Source: Eledone cirrhosa (Eukaryota). From it: DNA of 64,000 nt. The notes beneath the pieces were generated by a model, which was given only the letters and a program-made list of their open reading frames with translations, was not told where the DNA came from and did not search any database. Shown one piece after another: positions 25,912 through 41,169 of the stretch. Positions within the stretch are counted from its first letter, which is position 1, and every line of letters begins with the position of its first letter. The stretch is taken from assembly GCA_964016885.1 (NCBI GenBank), contig OZ024741.1, forward strand, positions 270,754,001-270,818,000, written 5' to 3'. The translations under genes and the position numbers were made by a program.

Positions 25912-27382
25912 TTGCTTGTGTTGACATTCACCCTGGACAGGTTGAGCCAGCTTCTTCCCTTGTCCTGGCAGCATCCCGAACCATGGCAGCCCACGCACGA
26001 CGGTCCCGGGCTAGGTCACAGGAGATAGCGAGCCAGTCACGGTTCCATCGGCGCAGGCCGACCACCTGCAGACCTGAGAGTTCGGAGAGGTCCTGCTTGA
26101 TTGTTGTTGCCCAGGTCTTCAGCTTCCCACCAACGCGCTTGCGCCATTTAGGGTGTGGAGGTGGGAGGAGAACATCACGGATCAGCTCACCCACAGGGTG
26201 CCGGGCTGCATGACCAAACCATATCGAGCGCCATTGCAGAAGCACTGAAGGAAGGGGTCGAAGATTCAGGCAAAGACGAAGACTGGCGGTAGGTAGGTAC
26301 CTGATCAACGCGTCGGCAGCAAAGAATGCGGCGGAGACAGTCATTGTCGAAGACCTCCAGCCCCCGTTGATCGCCTACCCTCATAGACCATGTTTCACAG
26401 CCATAGAGGAGGATAGTGCGAACGACGGCCTGGTAGATTCGCCCTTTGGTCATCGAGGTGATCTCTCTTCTGTCCCACAGACACCGCTGGAGGCACCCAA
26501 AAGCGGATCTGGCAGCACCTGTGCGACGCTTGACCTCTGCTGCGCCCTGTCCCGTTGGAACCACTGTTGAGCCCAGGTAAACGAAGGACTCCACATCCTA
26601 CAGGCCCACGCCCTCGAGAGATATTGGCTGCCAGACCAGTGACGTTATGACTTTCGACTTGGCGGCATTGATGTCTTCGCCGCTTGGCTCCATCGAGTCT
26701 TCTCCTCGGTGTGGGCGACGGAGCGGTTCCCTGGTGACTGGAGTGAGGCAACTCTCCTACCCTTCTTCAAAAAGGGTGATAGGAAACTGTGTTCCAACTA
26801 CAGGGGTATCAGTTTAATTGACGTTGCTGCCAAGACCTTCGCAATTCTTCTGCTGAAGAGGTTCCAGGCCATCCGTGATGTCCGCACCCATCCTTCTCAG
26901 GGCGGCTTCCGTCCGGAGAGGGGGTGCGTTGATCAAATCTTCAATCTCCGGCGTGTCCTGGAACAACGGTGGGCACATCAACAGCCTACCGTCCTTTGCT
27001 TCATCGACTTTGCGGCTGCCTTCGACCCGGTAGATCGGGAAGCCCTATGGCATATAATGCAGGCGGACAGCAGCCCAGTGAAACTGCTTCGTCTCATACA
27101 AGGCTACCACTGGTCGACTCGGGCTCGAGTGAGGGTCTGTGGTGGGGAGACGGAGTTGTTCAATGTTGGGACCGGTGTTCGGCAGGGGTGTGCGCTATCG
27201 CCAACTCTCTTTAACTATACCATTGACTACACCACTCTCAACACAGCGCTCCGAGATTACCCGGGCGTAGAGGTCGGGAGAGGGGTAGTGGTGACAGACC
27301 TGGCCTACGCTGATGACATTGTGCTGATGGGCGCTAACGAGACAGATGTACAAGGTGCTCTCGAAAGGGTGCACACTGCAGC
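25912..27382. mobile_element. GC-rich RTE-clade LINE with 5' inversion (twin-priming structure)
   Basis: Plus RT at 26709-27382 (NYRGISL, GVRQGCALSP, LAYADD); minus 3' part ESFVYLG...LLYGCETW...WFGHAAR; TSD AGCTCCTCTCT at 25901-25911 and 27383-27393. Confidence 0.85.
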
Positions 27383-28796
27383 AGCTCCTCTCTGGCATGA
27401 AACTACACTATATCTCATCTAGTTTGACTCTTTCCTTATATAGTTATGCTAGAACTTTTCCTGTCACTTTTATAACTTGATCCATTAATTTTATTCCTCT
27501 GTAGTTGCTCCTTTCTAGAGTATCACTTTTTCCCTTGTAGCAGTTAATGATTATGCTGCTATACCAGTCCTTGGGTACGACACTGTTCTTATTACCTTAT
27601 TGACTACGATGTGAGTGACTAGTTCAGCTCCTACATCCCCAGATGCTTTCAGCATCTTAGTGATTATCTCAAATGGTCCCACAGCTTTACCATTTTTTAT
27701 CTCCTTAATTGCTTCTTTGACCCAATAACTGTTAATTTTTATAGCTGGTCCTTCTGATGGGTCGGTTGGGAGTAATCTCCTTCCTTCCCATTTGTTCTCT
27801 ACATTCATTAACCTCTCATAGTAGTATATCTAGGTCTCTTTCTTTTGAGCATCAGTGTTTCTAAGTACACAAGTGTTATTTATAACACACTTTTCCCCAA
27901 CAATATCCTGACTGACAATGCAGAACGCCTCATGTTTCTGGTATTAACGACGCAAGACATTGGTAAACCTTCTTCTTTCAGCCACATCTCATGCTATGAA
28001 TACCTGTAGCCTAGTCTCTCTTTTAGCAACCTTGTACTGGTCTCTGCTGCCTCCAATTTTCTAGTATTCCATGCCTGTCTCTTGGCTTTAATGACTCTAT
28101 CTACTATGCTGTTCCACCACCAGGTCAACCTTTGTTTCGCTAGGTCTTTGCTCAAGCCATAAGTCTCTTCAGTAGTTTGCTGTAGATTATCACAGAGGAT
28201 CTTCCAATTGACTTCTGTCTTGTGTCTAACTAATGTCGCTAATAACTAACTTATATTGAGCAGTGCATTCTTCTCAGGGGAATATCTTAACATATCTAAC
28301 CATCTATATCGTTTTCTAAGAAATATGAAGTCAATCTGGCTTGTGTGTTTACCTGACTGGCAAGTTTCCTGGTGGCTAGCAAGTTTCCTGAAGTTAATGT
28401 TGCAAATAGTTAGATCATCTGCATCACAGAATTCCAGGAGGCTCATTCCCTCATAATTTCTCAAGCCACAGCCACTGTGCTGCCCAACATGTCAATTGAA
28501 GTTGCATGCTAAGATGATGAAGTCTCTGTCATCTGTATCTAAAGTTGTCTGTAAAAGTTACTCATAAAAATGGGTCCTTTTGATCTTTACTCAGTCATGC
28601 CTGTGGTACATAGAGATAACTGTCATTCTATTGCCTGTGACTATTCAGAGTTTGATAATTATGTCGCTTACTCTAAATACTTTGATTAGATTATCCTTTA
28701 TCTAGCCACTTCTCAGTGAATAGAATGCTTACTCTACCTACCCCATTGCCATTACTTACATTGCCTATCCCATTTCCATTACATATATATATATAT

Positions 28797-29124
28797 ATTG
28801 TTATACTTGGGGAGGTCATATTGTTGTAATAATATTGCCAGAAATAATAACAGAACACACTCACTGTTTGGTTGGTTTTCGCTTCTGTATCTTTTATGAT
28901 GTTGCAGATGTGCAACGAAAGAACTTTGATAGACTATATATATATATATTTATATCTGTATTTTTAACCGTTGGTCAATCAGTGATAAACGTTGATTGCC
29001 AAATATATTAACTATGGAGATATAAAAGATACAGAAGCGAAAACCAACCAAACAGTGAGTGTGTTCTGTTATTATTTCTGGCAATATTATTACAACAATA
29101 TGACCCTCCCCAAGTATAACAATA
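28797..29124. repeat. Inverted repeat (arms about 100 bp) in TA-rich context
   Basis: 28797-28896 is the reverse complement of 29022-29124. Confidence 0.8.
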
Positions 29125-29199
29125 TTTGTTTCGACATACGATTTCATATAAAAAACCTTGCAAAACAAATTCATATGTATATATATATATATTAGTGTT

Positions 29200-29535
29200 A
29201 TACAGAACACCCGGCTTCCCATGGGCACAGGTCGAAGCTGAAGTATATATACAGTATGCCCTGCCCCACCCTACTATCCCATTGTATGGTGGTTGTGTAA
29301 GTATCACAACGAAAAGCACTCAATCCACACTGTAAAGGGATCATGTAGGTGACATGGCAAAACGCACCCAGTACTCACTGTAAATGAGGTTGGCATTAGG
29401 AATGGCATTCAGCTGTAGAAACCAAGCCAGAAACAGTTGGTCACCTGACCCTGCATTGCCCATAACAGGACAACTCATCCAACCCATGCTAGCATGGAAG
29501 AATGGACGTAAAAACTGTGACGATAATGATGATGA
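29200..29535 (+). mobile_element. RTE 3' UTR fragment
   Basis: CACTGTAAATGAGGTTGGCATTAGG...CCCATGCTAGCATGGAAGAATGGACG and tail. Confidence 0.65.
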
Positions 29536-29544
29536 TATATATAA

Positions 29545-29731
29545 TTGTTTCTACTTTTGGCACAAGGCCAGCAATTATCCCAGTGCATTACTGGTACTTT
29601 ATTTTATCGACCCCGAAAGGATGAAAGGCAAAGTTAACCTCAGCGGGATTTGAACTCAGACCATAAAGGGACGTAACTCTTTGCTGCAAAGCATGGTGTC
29701 CGACCCTCTACCGATACTGCCAATCCACCGC
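29545..29731 (-). mobile_element. Nin-type tRNA SINE
   Basis: Close match to 226-411. Confidence 0.8.
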
Positions 29732-29812
29732 TGTCACAATTAATATAATGATAATAAATGTTTGTACCAGCCTGGCATATGATAAAACTCTGTTTCAGCT
29801 TCCTCAGCCATC

Positions 29813-31340
29813 TCTGTACCCCATCGGCAGGAGGGTAATTATCCAGACTAATTCAAGGATTTTATCCTCAATCACGGCTCCTCTCAACGTTTGGTATCTG
29901 GATGATGTTACGTTGGGCGGGCCCGTACGGACGGTCTGCCAAGACCTTCAATCGGTGATTCCTGCCCAGGTCAACTCGGCCAAGTCGGAGGTGGTGAATG
30001 TCAGCCTCGATGCTGTGAGCTTTGCAGCCTCCATTTTGGACGTGCGGTCCATTCTCTGCTAGATTCAGGTGACCCCCAAAGAGGATGTCCTCATCCTCGG
30101 GTCACCGATCCACCCGCCGGCCATCCGCTCCACCATCAGGTCCAGGCTTGATTGACGGCCACCCAGCTCTCTTTCTGCTGAGGAACTGCTTTGCCATGCC
30201 AAAGCTCCTCTCTACACTCCGCAGCACTCCATGCTACACCCAGACATCTCTCCTCGCTGACCTCGATACTTGTATCCGAGCAGCAGCCGAGGGGATATGC
30301 AACGTCAAGTTTGACGTCATAGGGTGTCCACAGGCCACTTTACCGGTCAGGTATGGCGGCCTAGGCCTCCGGTCCCCGATCTCACTAGCTTTGCCGGCGT
30401 ATCTTTCGTCGGTAACCTCGTGCCGCATCCTCGTCAGCAGGGTTCTTCAAAACACAACAGAACCCTCTGTGTTCAGAGAACGTGAGGCCGCCTGTGAGAC
30501 GTGGGACCGGCTGGGACTTAGCCCAGTAGACGTCCCTCCTCCTTCTCCCCCTGTTGACGTCAAGTTCCCTCAACACACTTGGGATGCCATCCAGTGCAGC
30601 CTGGCCTCAGACATGCTCATGTGCCAGCTCGACCAACACCGCCTTGCTTGTTTTCGTGCGGCCTCCAAACCCCACAGTGGTGCCTGGCTCCATGCCCTGC
30701 CCTCCTTCTCCACTGGCACGCAGCTAGACAACCATAGCCTGCGAATCGGAGTTTCCCTGAGGCTCGGCCTCCGGATCTGCCAGCCACACCAATGTCGCTG
30801 TGGTTCCACCGTGGACTCTTTCGGCCTCCACCCGCTTTCCTGTCGCCACAGTGCCGGCCGCATTCCACGTCATACTGCCCTCAACGAGGTCATTAAGTAT
30901 GACTTGGACGCTGCAGGCTTCCCTTCCCAGCTCGAGCCGGTGGGGCTGGATCGAGGGGACGGCAAAAGGCCAGATGGCATGACCATCTTCCCGTTCCGCA
31001 GTGGCAAACCCCTCGTCTGGGATGCTACTTGCACCAACACTTTCTGCAGCCGCAACCTGGTGCAGTCTGCGACTGACCCAGGTTCTGCTGCACGTCAGGC
31101 TGAGGAGGCCAAACTCCTCAAATACCGGTCGCTCTCCGACAGGTTTGCGGTCGTTCCCCTGGCAGTGGAAACTTCTGGTGTCCTCGGCCCCAGGCCTACC
31201 TCCTTACTCACCACCATAGGCACTGAGCTGGCCAGCCGAAGGTGTGAGCCCCGCGAGTTGGAGTGGCTTTTCCAGTGTGTCTCCCTTGCCGTCCTCCGTT
31301 CTGTCCACCGGGGCTGTGGGTGGGCCCCATCGCATACCAT
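29813..31340 (+). pseudogene. 5'-truncated CRE-clade non-LTR retrotransposon (RT end, CCHC finger, restriction-like endonuclease)
   Basis: WYLDD; QATLPVRYGGLGL; CRCG...H.LSC; RHTALN; EPVGL...KRPDG...LVWDATC. Confidence 0.85.
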
Positions 31341-31924
31341 TACATTAGTTAAATACCATTCTTTCATTTCAAATACGTATTTGCTTTAGTGAAGAGAAAG
31401 TTAATGTCTGAGAGCAAAACACCCAGCAAGGAAAAATATAATACAGGAATTGGGGCGAGGTTTTCATAATAAAAGCAAAAAAGATTAAAAACTTTTCAAA
31501 CTTGATTAATTTCTTTGTATAAAAACTTTTCAAACTTATGATGATGATGATCACACACATACATACAAAATGGGCCCGCCCAACGTAGCATCATCCAGAT
31601 ACCAAACGTTGAGAGGGGCCGTGATTGAGGATAAAATCCTTGAATTAGTCTGGACAATTACCCTCCTGCCGATGGGGTACACACACACATGTATATACAC
31701 ACACATATACACACACACATATATACAAACACATATATACAGACACATATATACAGAAACAGATATATACAACCTCACATATACACACACATATGTACAG
31801 ACACACATATATACACACACACACATACACACACACACATATATACACATACACATATAAACACACATACATACAGACACACATATATACACACATATAC
31901 ACACATATACACACACACATATAC

Positions 31925-32244
31925 ACACAAGCAGGGAAAAGCGGACGTAAAGTTATGTTGGTTCCACAACATCCAGGCCGAAACAAATGAGATCGTGTAG
32001 GTGTCACAACAAAAAACACACAGTCCACGCTGTAATGTGGCCGTGTAGGCAACACGGTAAAAACCTCCCAGCCCCACACTGTAAATGTGGTTGGTGTTAG
32101 GAAGGGCATCCAGCTGTAGAAAACCTGCCAGACAGTCCTATGCGAGCAAGACAACCACTCTTGCCTCAAGTGGGAAAACTCCCATCCAAACACATGCAAG
32201 CGTGGAACATGGACGTTAAACGATGATGATGATGATGATGATGA
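31925..32244 (+). mobile_element. RTE family A 3' UTR fragment
   Basis: Matches 49555-49830 and 50070-50460. Confidence 0.7.
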
Positions 32245-32449
32245 TAAGTATGTATACGTACATACATATATGCATACAGACGTACAGTAGTATGTATATA
32301 TATACATACATGCGCACATATATATATGTACGTATGGATTCACCGAACATTTATTATAATGCTCGGTGTGTTTGTAAACAAACATCCCGAATTAAGCCAT
32401 ACAGTGTCTAGCAACCATCGTTGCCCTTTTGTTCAACATTGACAAAGGA

Positions 32450-32492
32450 ACGCTGTACTAGTTTCAAGCTTATTAGCTATCGTCAGCAACGT
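32450..32492 (-). ncRNA. Minimal type I hammerhead ribozyme
   Basis: ACGTTG-CTGACGA-tAGCTaataAGCTt-GAAA-CTAG-TA-CAGCGT with palindromic ACTAGT helix III. Confidence 0.8.
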
Positions 32493-32707
32493 ATACCTTC
32501 CTGCCAGATGGTTGAACATCTGAAAGTATATACTTTCCTTATGCATATTAACGGCTGAGCAGCCTAATTTGCATATTGAGTGAGTTAATCGGCCAGGCGC
32601 ACCGAAAACGATAAACTCACTCAATATGTAAATTAGGCTGCTCAGCCGTTAATATGCATAAGGAAACTATATACTTTCAGACGTTCAACCATCTGGCAGG
32701 AAGGTAT

Positions 32708-32750
32708 ACGTTGCTGACGATAGCTAATAAGCTTGAAACTAGTACATCGT
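32708..32750 (+). ncRNA. Minimal type I hammerhead ribozyme
   Basis: ACGTTG-CTGACGA-tAGCTaataAGCTt-GAAA-CTAG-TA-CATCGT. Confidence 0.75.
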
Positions 32751-32989
32751 TCCTTTGTCAATGTTGAACAAAAGGGCAATGATGGTTGCTAGACACTGTA
32801 CGGCTTAATTCGGGATGTTTGTTTACAAACACACCGAGCATTATAATAAATGTCCGGTGAATCCATACGTAGATATATATATACATACTACTGTACGTCT
32901 GTATACATATATGTATGTACGTATACATACTTATATTTAAGTAACAGCCGTACAAAGAGTGAGAAATGAAATTTCGTTTCATTTTTCCG

Positions 32990-34530
<1,541 letters not shown>

Positions 34531-34944
34531 ATGGCAGCTTCATCATAATCATCACAACGCCTATTTTTTCCACACTTGCATGGGTTCGACAGGTGATCCA
34601 TATTATTACTCTGTTACATGTTCCAGCTAACCCTTCTTGCAAGGGTTGGTCAAGTACTTAAATGAGGTTAGTGACATCTCAGATGAGCTGGGGGAGGGAG
34701 GGAGGCTGCATCTTGGTTACATACAATCCCACCCACTTCCGAGTTTATTATAACACAAGCACTAGTGAGGTTCTTATGTCTCTCACACAGATGAAGAGTC
34801 CCCCCCTCTCTCTCTCTGTATATATATATATATATATATATTTAATATGTAATAAACAACATAATTAAATAGCTCAGTAGCATACATATAGCACTCTCCT
34901 TTCTTTTACCCTTCCTATGGAAATACTTCATATATATATATATA

Positions 34945-35270
34945 TGGCTTAGTGGTTAGAGCATCAGGCTTACAATCGTGAGTTTGTGAGTTCAATTCTC
35001 GGACCGGGTGATGTGTTGTTTCCTTGAGCAAGACACTTTATTTCACATTGCTCCAGTTTACTCAGCTGTAGAAATGAGTTGCCACTTCACTGGTGCCAAG
35101 CTATATCAGCCATTGCCCTTTCCTTGGATAATATCAGCATGGAGAGGGGAGACTAGTATGAACGAGCAACTGCTGGTCTTCCACAAACAACTTTTCCCGG
35201 ACTTGTGCCTCGGAGGGAAACTTTCTAAGTGCAAATCCCATGGTCATTCCTGACCAAAAGGGGTCTTTAC
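34945..35270 (+). mobile_element. CORE-like tRNA SINE
   Basis: TGGCTTAGTGGTTAG, GAGTTCAATTC, CCTTGAGCAAGACACTT...CTCAGCTGTAGAAATGAG. Confidence 0.75.
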
Positions 35271-35362
35271 TTTTTTATATATGTTACTACCACTGGCACA
35301 CCTTTTATGCTCAGCTCAGCTGATATCAGTTTTCCTTGAAGCATGCATGGTATACTGTTATG

Positions 35363-35423
<61 letters not shown>

Positions 35424-35561
35424 AAGAAAGATGAAATCGAAAATGCAACTGGAGTCTTATTTTTTAAAATATATATATATTTATTTGGTTCCTTTACCGG
35501 TTTCGCAGTTCTTCTGCTTTTCAAAAATAGAGTTGAGATGGAGGGTCTGTGGTTTTTCTCT

Positions 35562-35609
<48 letters not shown>

Positions 35610-35784
35610 ACGTAATATATGTATATCTATCATATATATATATGTGTTTATATCTATATATATATATGTGTGTGTATATCTATATAAATATACATATATA
35701 TGTACATCTTTTTTTCTCTATACTTTCACTCGTGTAGGACACCTCGGTTATTTTTCTTTTTGTGTAAAAAAAACCTCACTTTCT

Positions 35785-35864
<80 letters not shown>

Positions 35865-35929
35865 CATAACAGTATACCATGCATGCTTCAAGAAAGACTA
35901 TATATATATCCCACTTCTGATAGATAATG

Positions 35930-37660
35930 TCTTATAAATGTAAAGGGGATGCGCTAGATAGAGGTAACTATAGAGGTATAAAACTGATGGACCATGTAAT
36001 GAAAGTAACAGAAACAGTTATAGCACAGCTGATTAGGGACAGGGTAAATCTAGATGAGATGCAGTTTGGATTTGTGCCAGGCAAATGCACCATTGATGCC
36101 CTCTTCCTTGTGAGACAGTTACAGGAAAAGTACCTAGCTAAAAGTAAGCCTCTCTACCTACCATTTGTTGATCTGGAGAAAGCTTTCGACAGAGTTCCCT
36201 GTGACATAATTTGGTGGGCTCTTAGAAAACTAGGAGTAGATGAATGGCTTGTGAAGGCTGTACAAGCCATATATAGAGGAGCAGTCTGCAAAGTCAGGAT
36301 TAACAATGACTAGAGCGAGGAATTTAGCGTACAAGTTGGTTTCCACCGGGTCTCTGTCCTTAGCCCACTCCTGTTTATTATCGTTTTGCAGGCTATAACA
36401 GAGGAGTTTAAGACTGGCTGCCCATTGGAACTTCTGTACGCAGATGATCTTACGCACATAGCTAAATCTATGGTGGAAGAAATTCCAAACATGGAAGCAG
36501 GGCCTAGCAAGAAGGGATCTTAAAGTCAACCTGACAAAGACTAAGGTCCTAGTAAGTAGAAAAGAAAACATAACCCAGATCCCCTCAGGGAAATGGATTG
36601 TCCAGTATGTAAGAAAGGTGTTGGTAGAAATTCCATCCTCTGCCCCATATGCAAAATGTGGGTACACAAGAGATGTCGTGGGATCTCAGGAAGTTTAACT
36701 AAGAATGTAGGCTTTACATGTAGCAGTTGCACTGGGACAGCAAGCAGCAAACGGCCACAGGAAACAAGCACCACCAAATTCTCGGAGGGCTCTGTAGAAA
36801 CAGTAGATACCTTCTGCTATGTAGGTGACTAAATTAGCAGTGGAGGTGGGTGTTCTGAAAGTACAGTAACCAGGGTAAGAGCGGGATGGAGGAAGTTGAG
36901 GGAGCTACTACCACTGCTGGCTACAAAAGGCTTCTCCCTCAGAATCAAAGGCAGACTGTACGATGCGTGTGTACGTACAGCTATGTTGCATGGTAGTGAG
37001 ACCTGGGCGTTGTGCGTAGAAGACTTGCATTGATTGGAAAGAAATGAAGCCTGCATGCTCCAATGGATATGTAATAGTAATATACGAGAACGGCGAAGCA
37101 TAAATGAACTAAGAAAGAAACTAGGCATAAGAGGAATCAAATGCTGTGTGCAGGAGAGGAGACTGCGTTGGTATGGACATGTGTTGCGTATGTAGGATGA
37201 CAGCTGCATAAAAATGTGCAGAGCGCTCAAAGTCGTTGGAAGCCTTGGAGTGGGGAGACCCAGGAAGACCTGGGATGAGGTGATAAAAGCCGACCATGCC
37301 CAATTGCACCTCTCAAAGGAGATGACACATGACCGGGATCTCTGGTGATATGCACTAATACAGAAGACCCGACTTCCCACGAGCACAAGCTGAAGCATAT
37401 ATAAAATATGCCTCACACTGTAAAGTGGACAACAAAACGCACCCAGTTCATACTGTAAAGTTGACGTGTAAAAAACATGGCAAAAAGCACCCAACACACA
37501 CTGTCAATGTGGTTGACTTTAGGAAGGGTATAGAAAACCAACCAGAAACACCCCTATATGAGCAAGACAGGGTTACCTGACCCAACTTTAAATGGGACCC
37601 GTCTAACCCATGCTAGCGTAGAAGATAGACGTTAATCGATGATGATGATGATGATGATGA
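35930..37660 (+). pseudogene. RTE LINE 3' half (RT with PHD-like insert, 3' UTR, (GAT)n)
   Basis: KGDALDRGNYRGIKL, FVDLEKAFDRV, LYADD, CPVC...CPIC..WVHKRC. Confidence 0.85.
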
Positions 37661-37669
37661 TATATATGA

Positions 37670-37996
<327 letters not shown>

Positions 37997-38446
37997 TAAT
38001 TGTTTCTACTTTAGGCACAAGGCCAGCAATTACCCAGTGCATTACTGGTACTTTATTTTATCGACCCCGTAAGGATGAAAGGCAAAGTCAACCTCGGCGG
38101 ATAAATTTGAAGACTAAAATCCAAAGAGGGCTCGATAAGGATAAATATATATCAAATATATAAGAACCCTAGAGCAAATATTTATTAAAATAACAGATTA
38201 AAGTTTAAACAAAGAATCGCTGCTTTCACCCTTAACGGGATCTTCTGAAACTAAAAAAAATCAATCTGTGAACGCAGGAGTAAATATTTCAAAAAACGTT
38301 GCAACCGAAGGAAAACAGGAAGACGATACTTTGGTTCATGGAGACATTCTCTGGCAATGAACGGAAGAAAGCGAAGATAATATGTCATTATTTGGATCAG
38401 TGAGAACAAATACACGCAAAGACAAAACCACGTTTATGGTATAAAT

Positions 38447-39720
38447 ACTACTCCTCCATCACTTTACCACTTCTTCTTAGAGCTATCAATTTTGCTAAAA
38501 CGCTCACGGTGGTTAAGGATTTCGAAGTTGATGTCATCCTCAATGCCCGTAAGTCGGTGATTAATTTCGACGACTCTATTTGGATAAAAAAATCTAATAA
38601 TTCGACGTGAATATGGGCGCCAGCGATTCTGCAGAGGTTACTGATCTTATCGGCCTTTTCCTTCTTTTCTCTATCAAGGAAGAATTCCCCAACGTGGGCG
38701 GTGGTTTGTACCGTGATGACGGTCTCTTGACCATGACTAAGTGCGGCCCATGCGCTTGCGACAGGTTCAGAAATGAACTCACAGCCTTCTTTAAAGGCTT
38801 CAACCTCTCCATACAGGTTGAGGCCAACCTCTCGGTCGTTAATTACCTCGACGTTACCCTCAATTTGTCGAATGGCTTGCATTACCCATATAGAAAGCCG
38901 AATGATACGCTTAATTACCTAAGTAAGCATTCTAACCACAAGAAACGTTTCTTTGAGGCTTTCCTGTCTATCTACAAACAAGCATATTTTCACCGACCAT
39001 TCCACATATTACAATGAAGCTCTTGCTCAGAGTGGATTTGTCGAGTATGAGCATAGACCTAGGAAAAATAAATCCCAACGCATTATATGGTATAACCCAC
39101 CATATAATATGGGGGTGGCCACACCATTAGCTATGATCTTTTTCTCCCTTATTAAGAAACATTTCCCCCCAGCAGATAAATATAATAACATTTTTAATAG
39201 AAATACCATTAAAATTTCTTACTCCACGATTCCTAGCCTTGCACATAACATCACTGCTTCAAATTTAGCTAAATTACCTAGCCGTAGGAACACGTGCAAC
39301 CCTGTAGCTAGTACTAACTGTAATTGTAGGAATCGGGTTGACTGCCCCCTATCTGGGAAATGCCTCTCCAGTAACATTGTCTACAAAAAATGTAAGGTTG
39401 AAACACCCACATCCAGTAGGGCCTACATAGAGTTAACCGCCAATAGATTCAAGCAGCGTCTTTACATGCATACCCATTCTTTTCTTATCCCTTTAAGAAG
39501 AAATATGACGTCACTTTCAGCTTATAACTTGAGTCTAAAAGACAACCACACCCAAATTTAAGTTACACTGGGAGATCCTAGCTAGGGCTAGATCGTGTAA
39601 TGGAAATAAAAGGCCATGCGACCTCTGCGCCGCTGAAGCCCTGGAAATACTCTACGCCAATGACCACATCTTAAACAAAAATCTGAGGCAATTTCGGCTT
39701 GTAAACATAAATTGCATAAA
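38447..39720 (+). pseudogene. Penelope-like RT/GIY-YIG ORF remnant (frameshifted)
   Basis: ORFs 38607-39017 and 38953-39561. Confidence 0.85.
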
Positions 39721-40139
39721 GCTTTCCTGTATTACAGCCTCACATTATACCCTAACAGATAGTACAAACAATACGCAGATAATTTACGTCTTGATGTGGT
39801 AGCTAGTATATTTTATGTTTATATCATTACTTATGTGTATAGGTAAGTATATATTACCTGTGTGTTTTGTGAAGGTATGTATACTTTCTCGTACATATAT
39901 TTGCTTGTATTTGTTATAGGTGTATATATTATATTATATATACTGTCACATGTGTATATGGTTATGTGTATACGTATATTTTGCGTTTGTCTGTGTATGC
40001 GGGTTTGCACGTATGTAGAGTGTGTATATGTGTACTTTGTGTTTTGGTTGATGTATATTGAGCGAACATGTGTATTTACCTGTAGGTATGTGTGTGCGCG
40101 TTATATATGTATTTATGTGTGTGTATGTATATATACGTT

Positions 40140-40471
40140 TCATCATTTCATTTTACACCCGCTTTTTCCCTGCTTGTAAGGGTGGGACGGGAGCTGATTC
40201 TGGCTTGATTTCTACAGCTGGATGCCCTTCCTAGCACCAACCTCATTTACAGTGAGTGCTGGATGCTTTTTTACCGTGGTACCTCCACGACCACTTTGCA
40301 GTGGAATGATAGGGACCCCAGTCCCTATCATCTCATTTCTACAGCTGAGTAAAATGGAGCAATGTGAAATAAAGTGTCTTGCTCAAGAACAACACATCAC
40401 CCGGTCTGAGATTTGAACTCACAACCTTTCGATTGCAAGGCCAATGCTCTAACCACTAAGCCATGTGCCTC
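40140..40471 (-). mobile_element. CORE-like SINE with RTE-B tail inserted in the Penelope 3' UTR
   Basis: Reverse complement of the 19868-20180 family. Confidence 0.75.
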
Positions 40472-41169
40472 CAGTTTATATAATTATATGTATACACGCA
40501 CACACACACATATATATATTTTTTATGTGTATTTGGTTGTTTTTGTGTACGTGCTTGTATATGCATACCCATGGCAGGTGTTTTCGCGTATGCATGTGTA
40601 TGTACGTATATGGATGCGTGCATGTATATATTTAATTATTGTTGATTTCAATTAACTCTGTAATTTATTTACATTATTCTTAACTCTGAAGCCGAGAATC
40701 ATTCGGTTTCCTAAATAGAATTTTAGTCTACGACTTCATTTATACCATAAACGTGGTTTTGTCTTTGCGTGTAATTGTTCTCATTGATCCACATAATAAT
40801 GTATTATCTTCGCTTTTTTTTTCGTTTATTGCCAGGGAGCGTCTCCACGTACCACCTAAATAGGATATTAGCATACGACTTCATTTATACCATAAACGTG
40901 GTTTTGTCTTTGTGCGTAATTGTTCTCACCGCTCCAAATAACGACGTATTATATTCACTTCTTTTCCGTTCATTGCCAGGGAACGTCTCCACGAACCAAA
41001 GTATCGTCTTCTTGTTTTCCTTCGGTTGCAACGATTTTTGAAATATTTACCTCTGCGTTCACAGATTGATTTTTTTTTAGTTTCAGAAGATCCCGTTAAG
41101 GGTGAAAGCAGCGATTCTTTGTTTAAACTTTAATCTGTTATTTTAATAAAGATATATATATATATAATA

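Larger units (their letters stand above)
23955..28770 (-). pseudogene. Old, heavily decayed RTE LINE hosting several younger insertions
   Basis: Fragments SFCYLGDIISNEGG, VGVHQGSALSP, QEKFLAKSKPLY, LEFCDADDLTIC...SQIDFI in correct order on the minus strand. Confidence 0.7.
38101..41150 (+). mobile_element. Penelope-like element with inverted 5' pLTR and 3' pLTR
   Basis: MGASDSAEV, LYRDDGL, NYLDVTL, YRKP, NIVY...AYIELT (GIY-YIG); 38181-38446 is the reverse complement of about 40885-41150. Confidence 0.9.

Noticed and set aside
41083-41115. CAGAAGA-tCCCgttaaGGGt-GAAA hammerhead-like motif in the Penelope-2 pLTR
   Set aside because: U4 is replaced by A and no convincing stems I and III or UH site were found; not called a ribozyme
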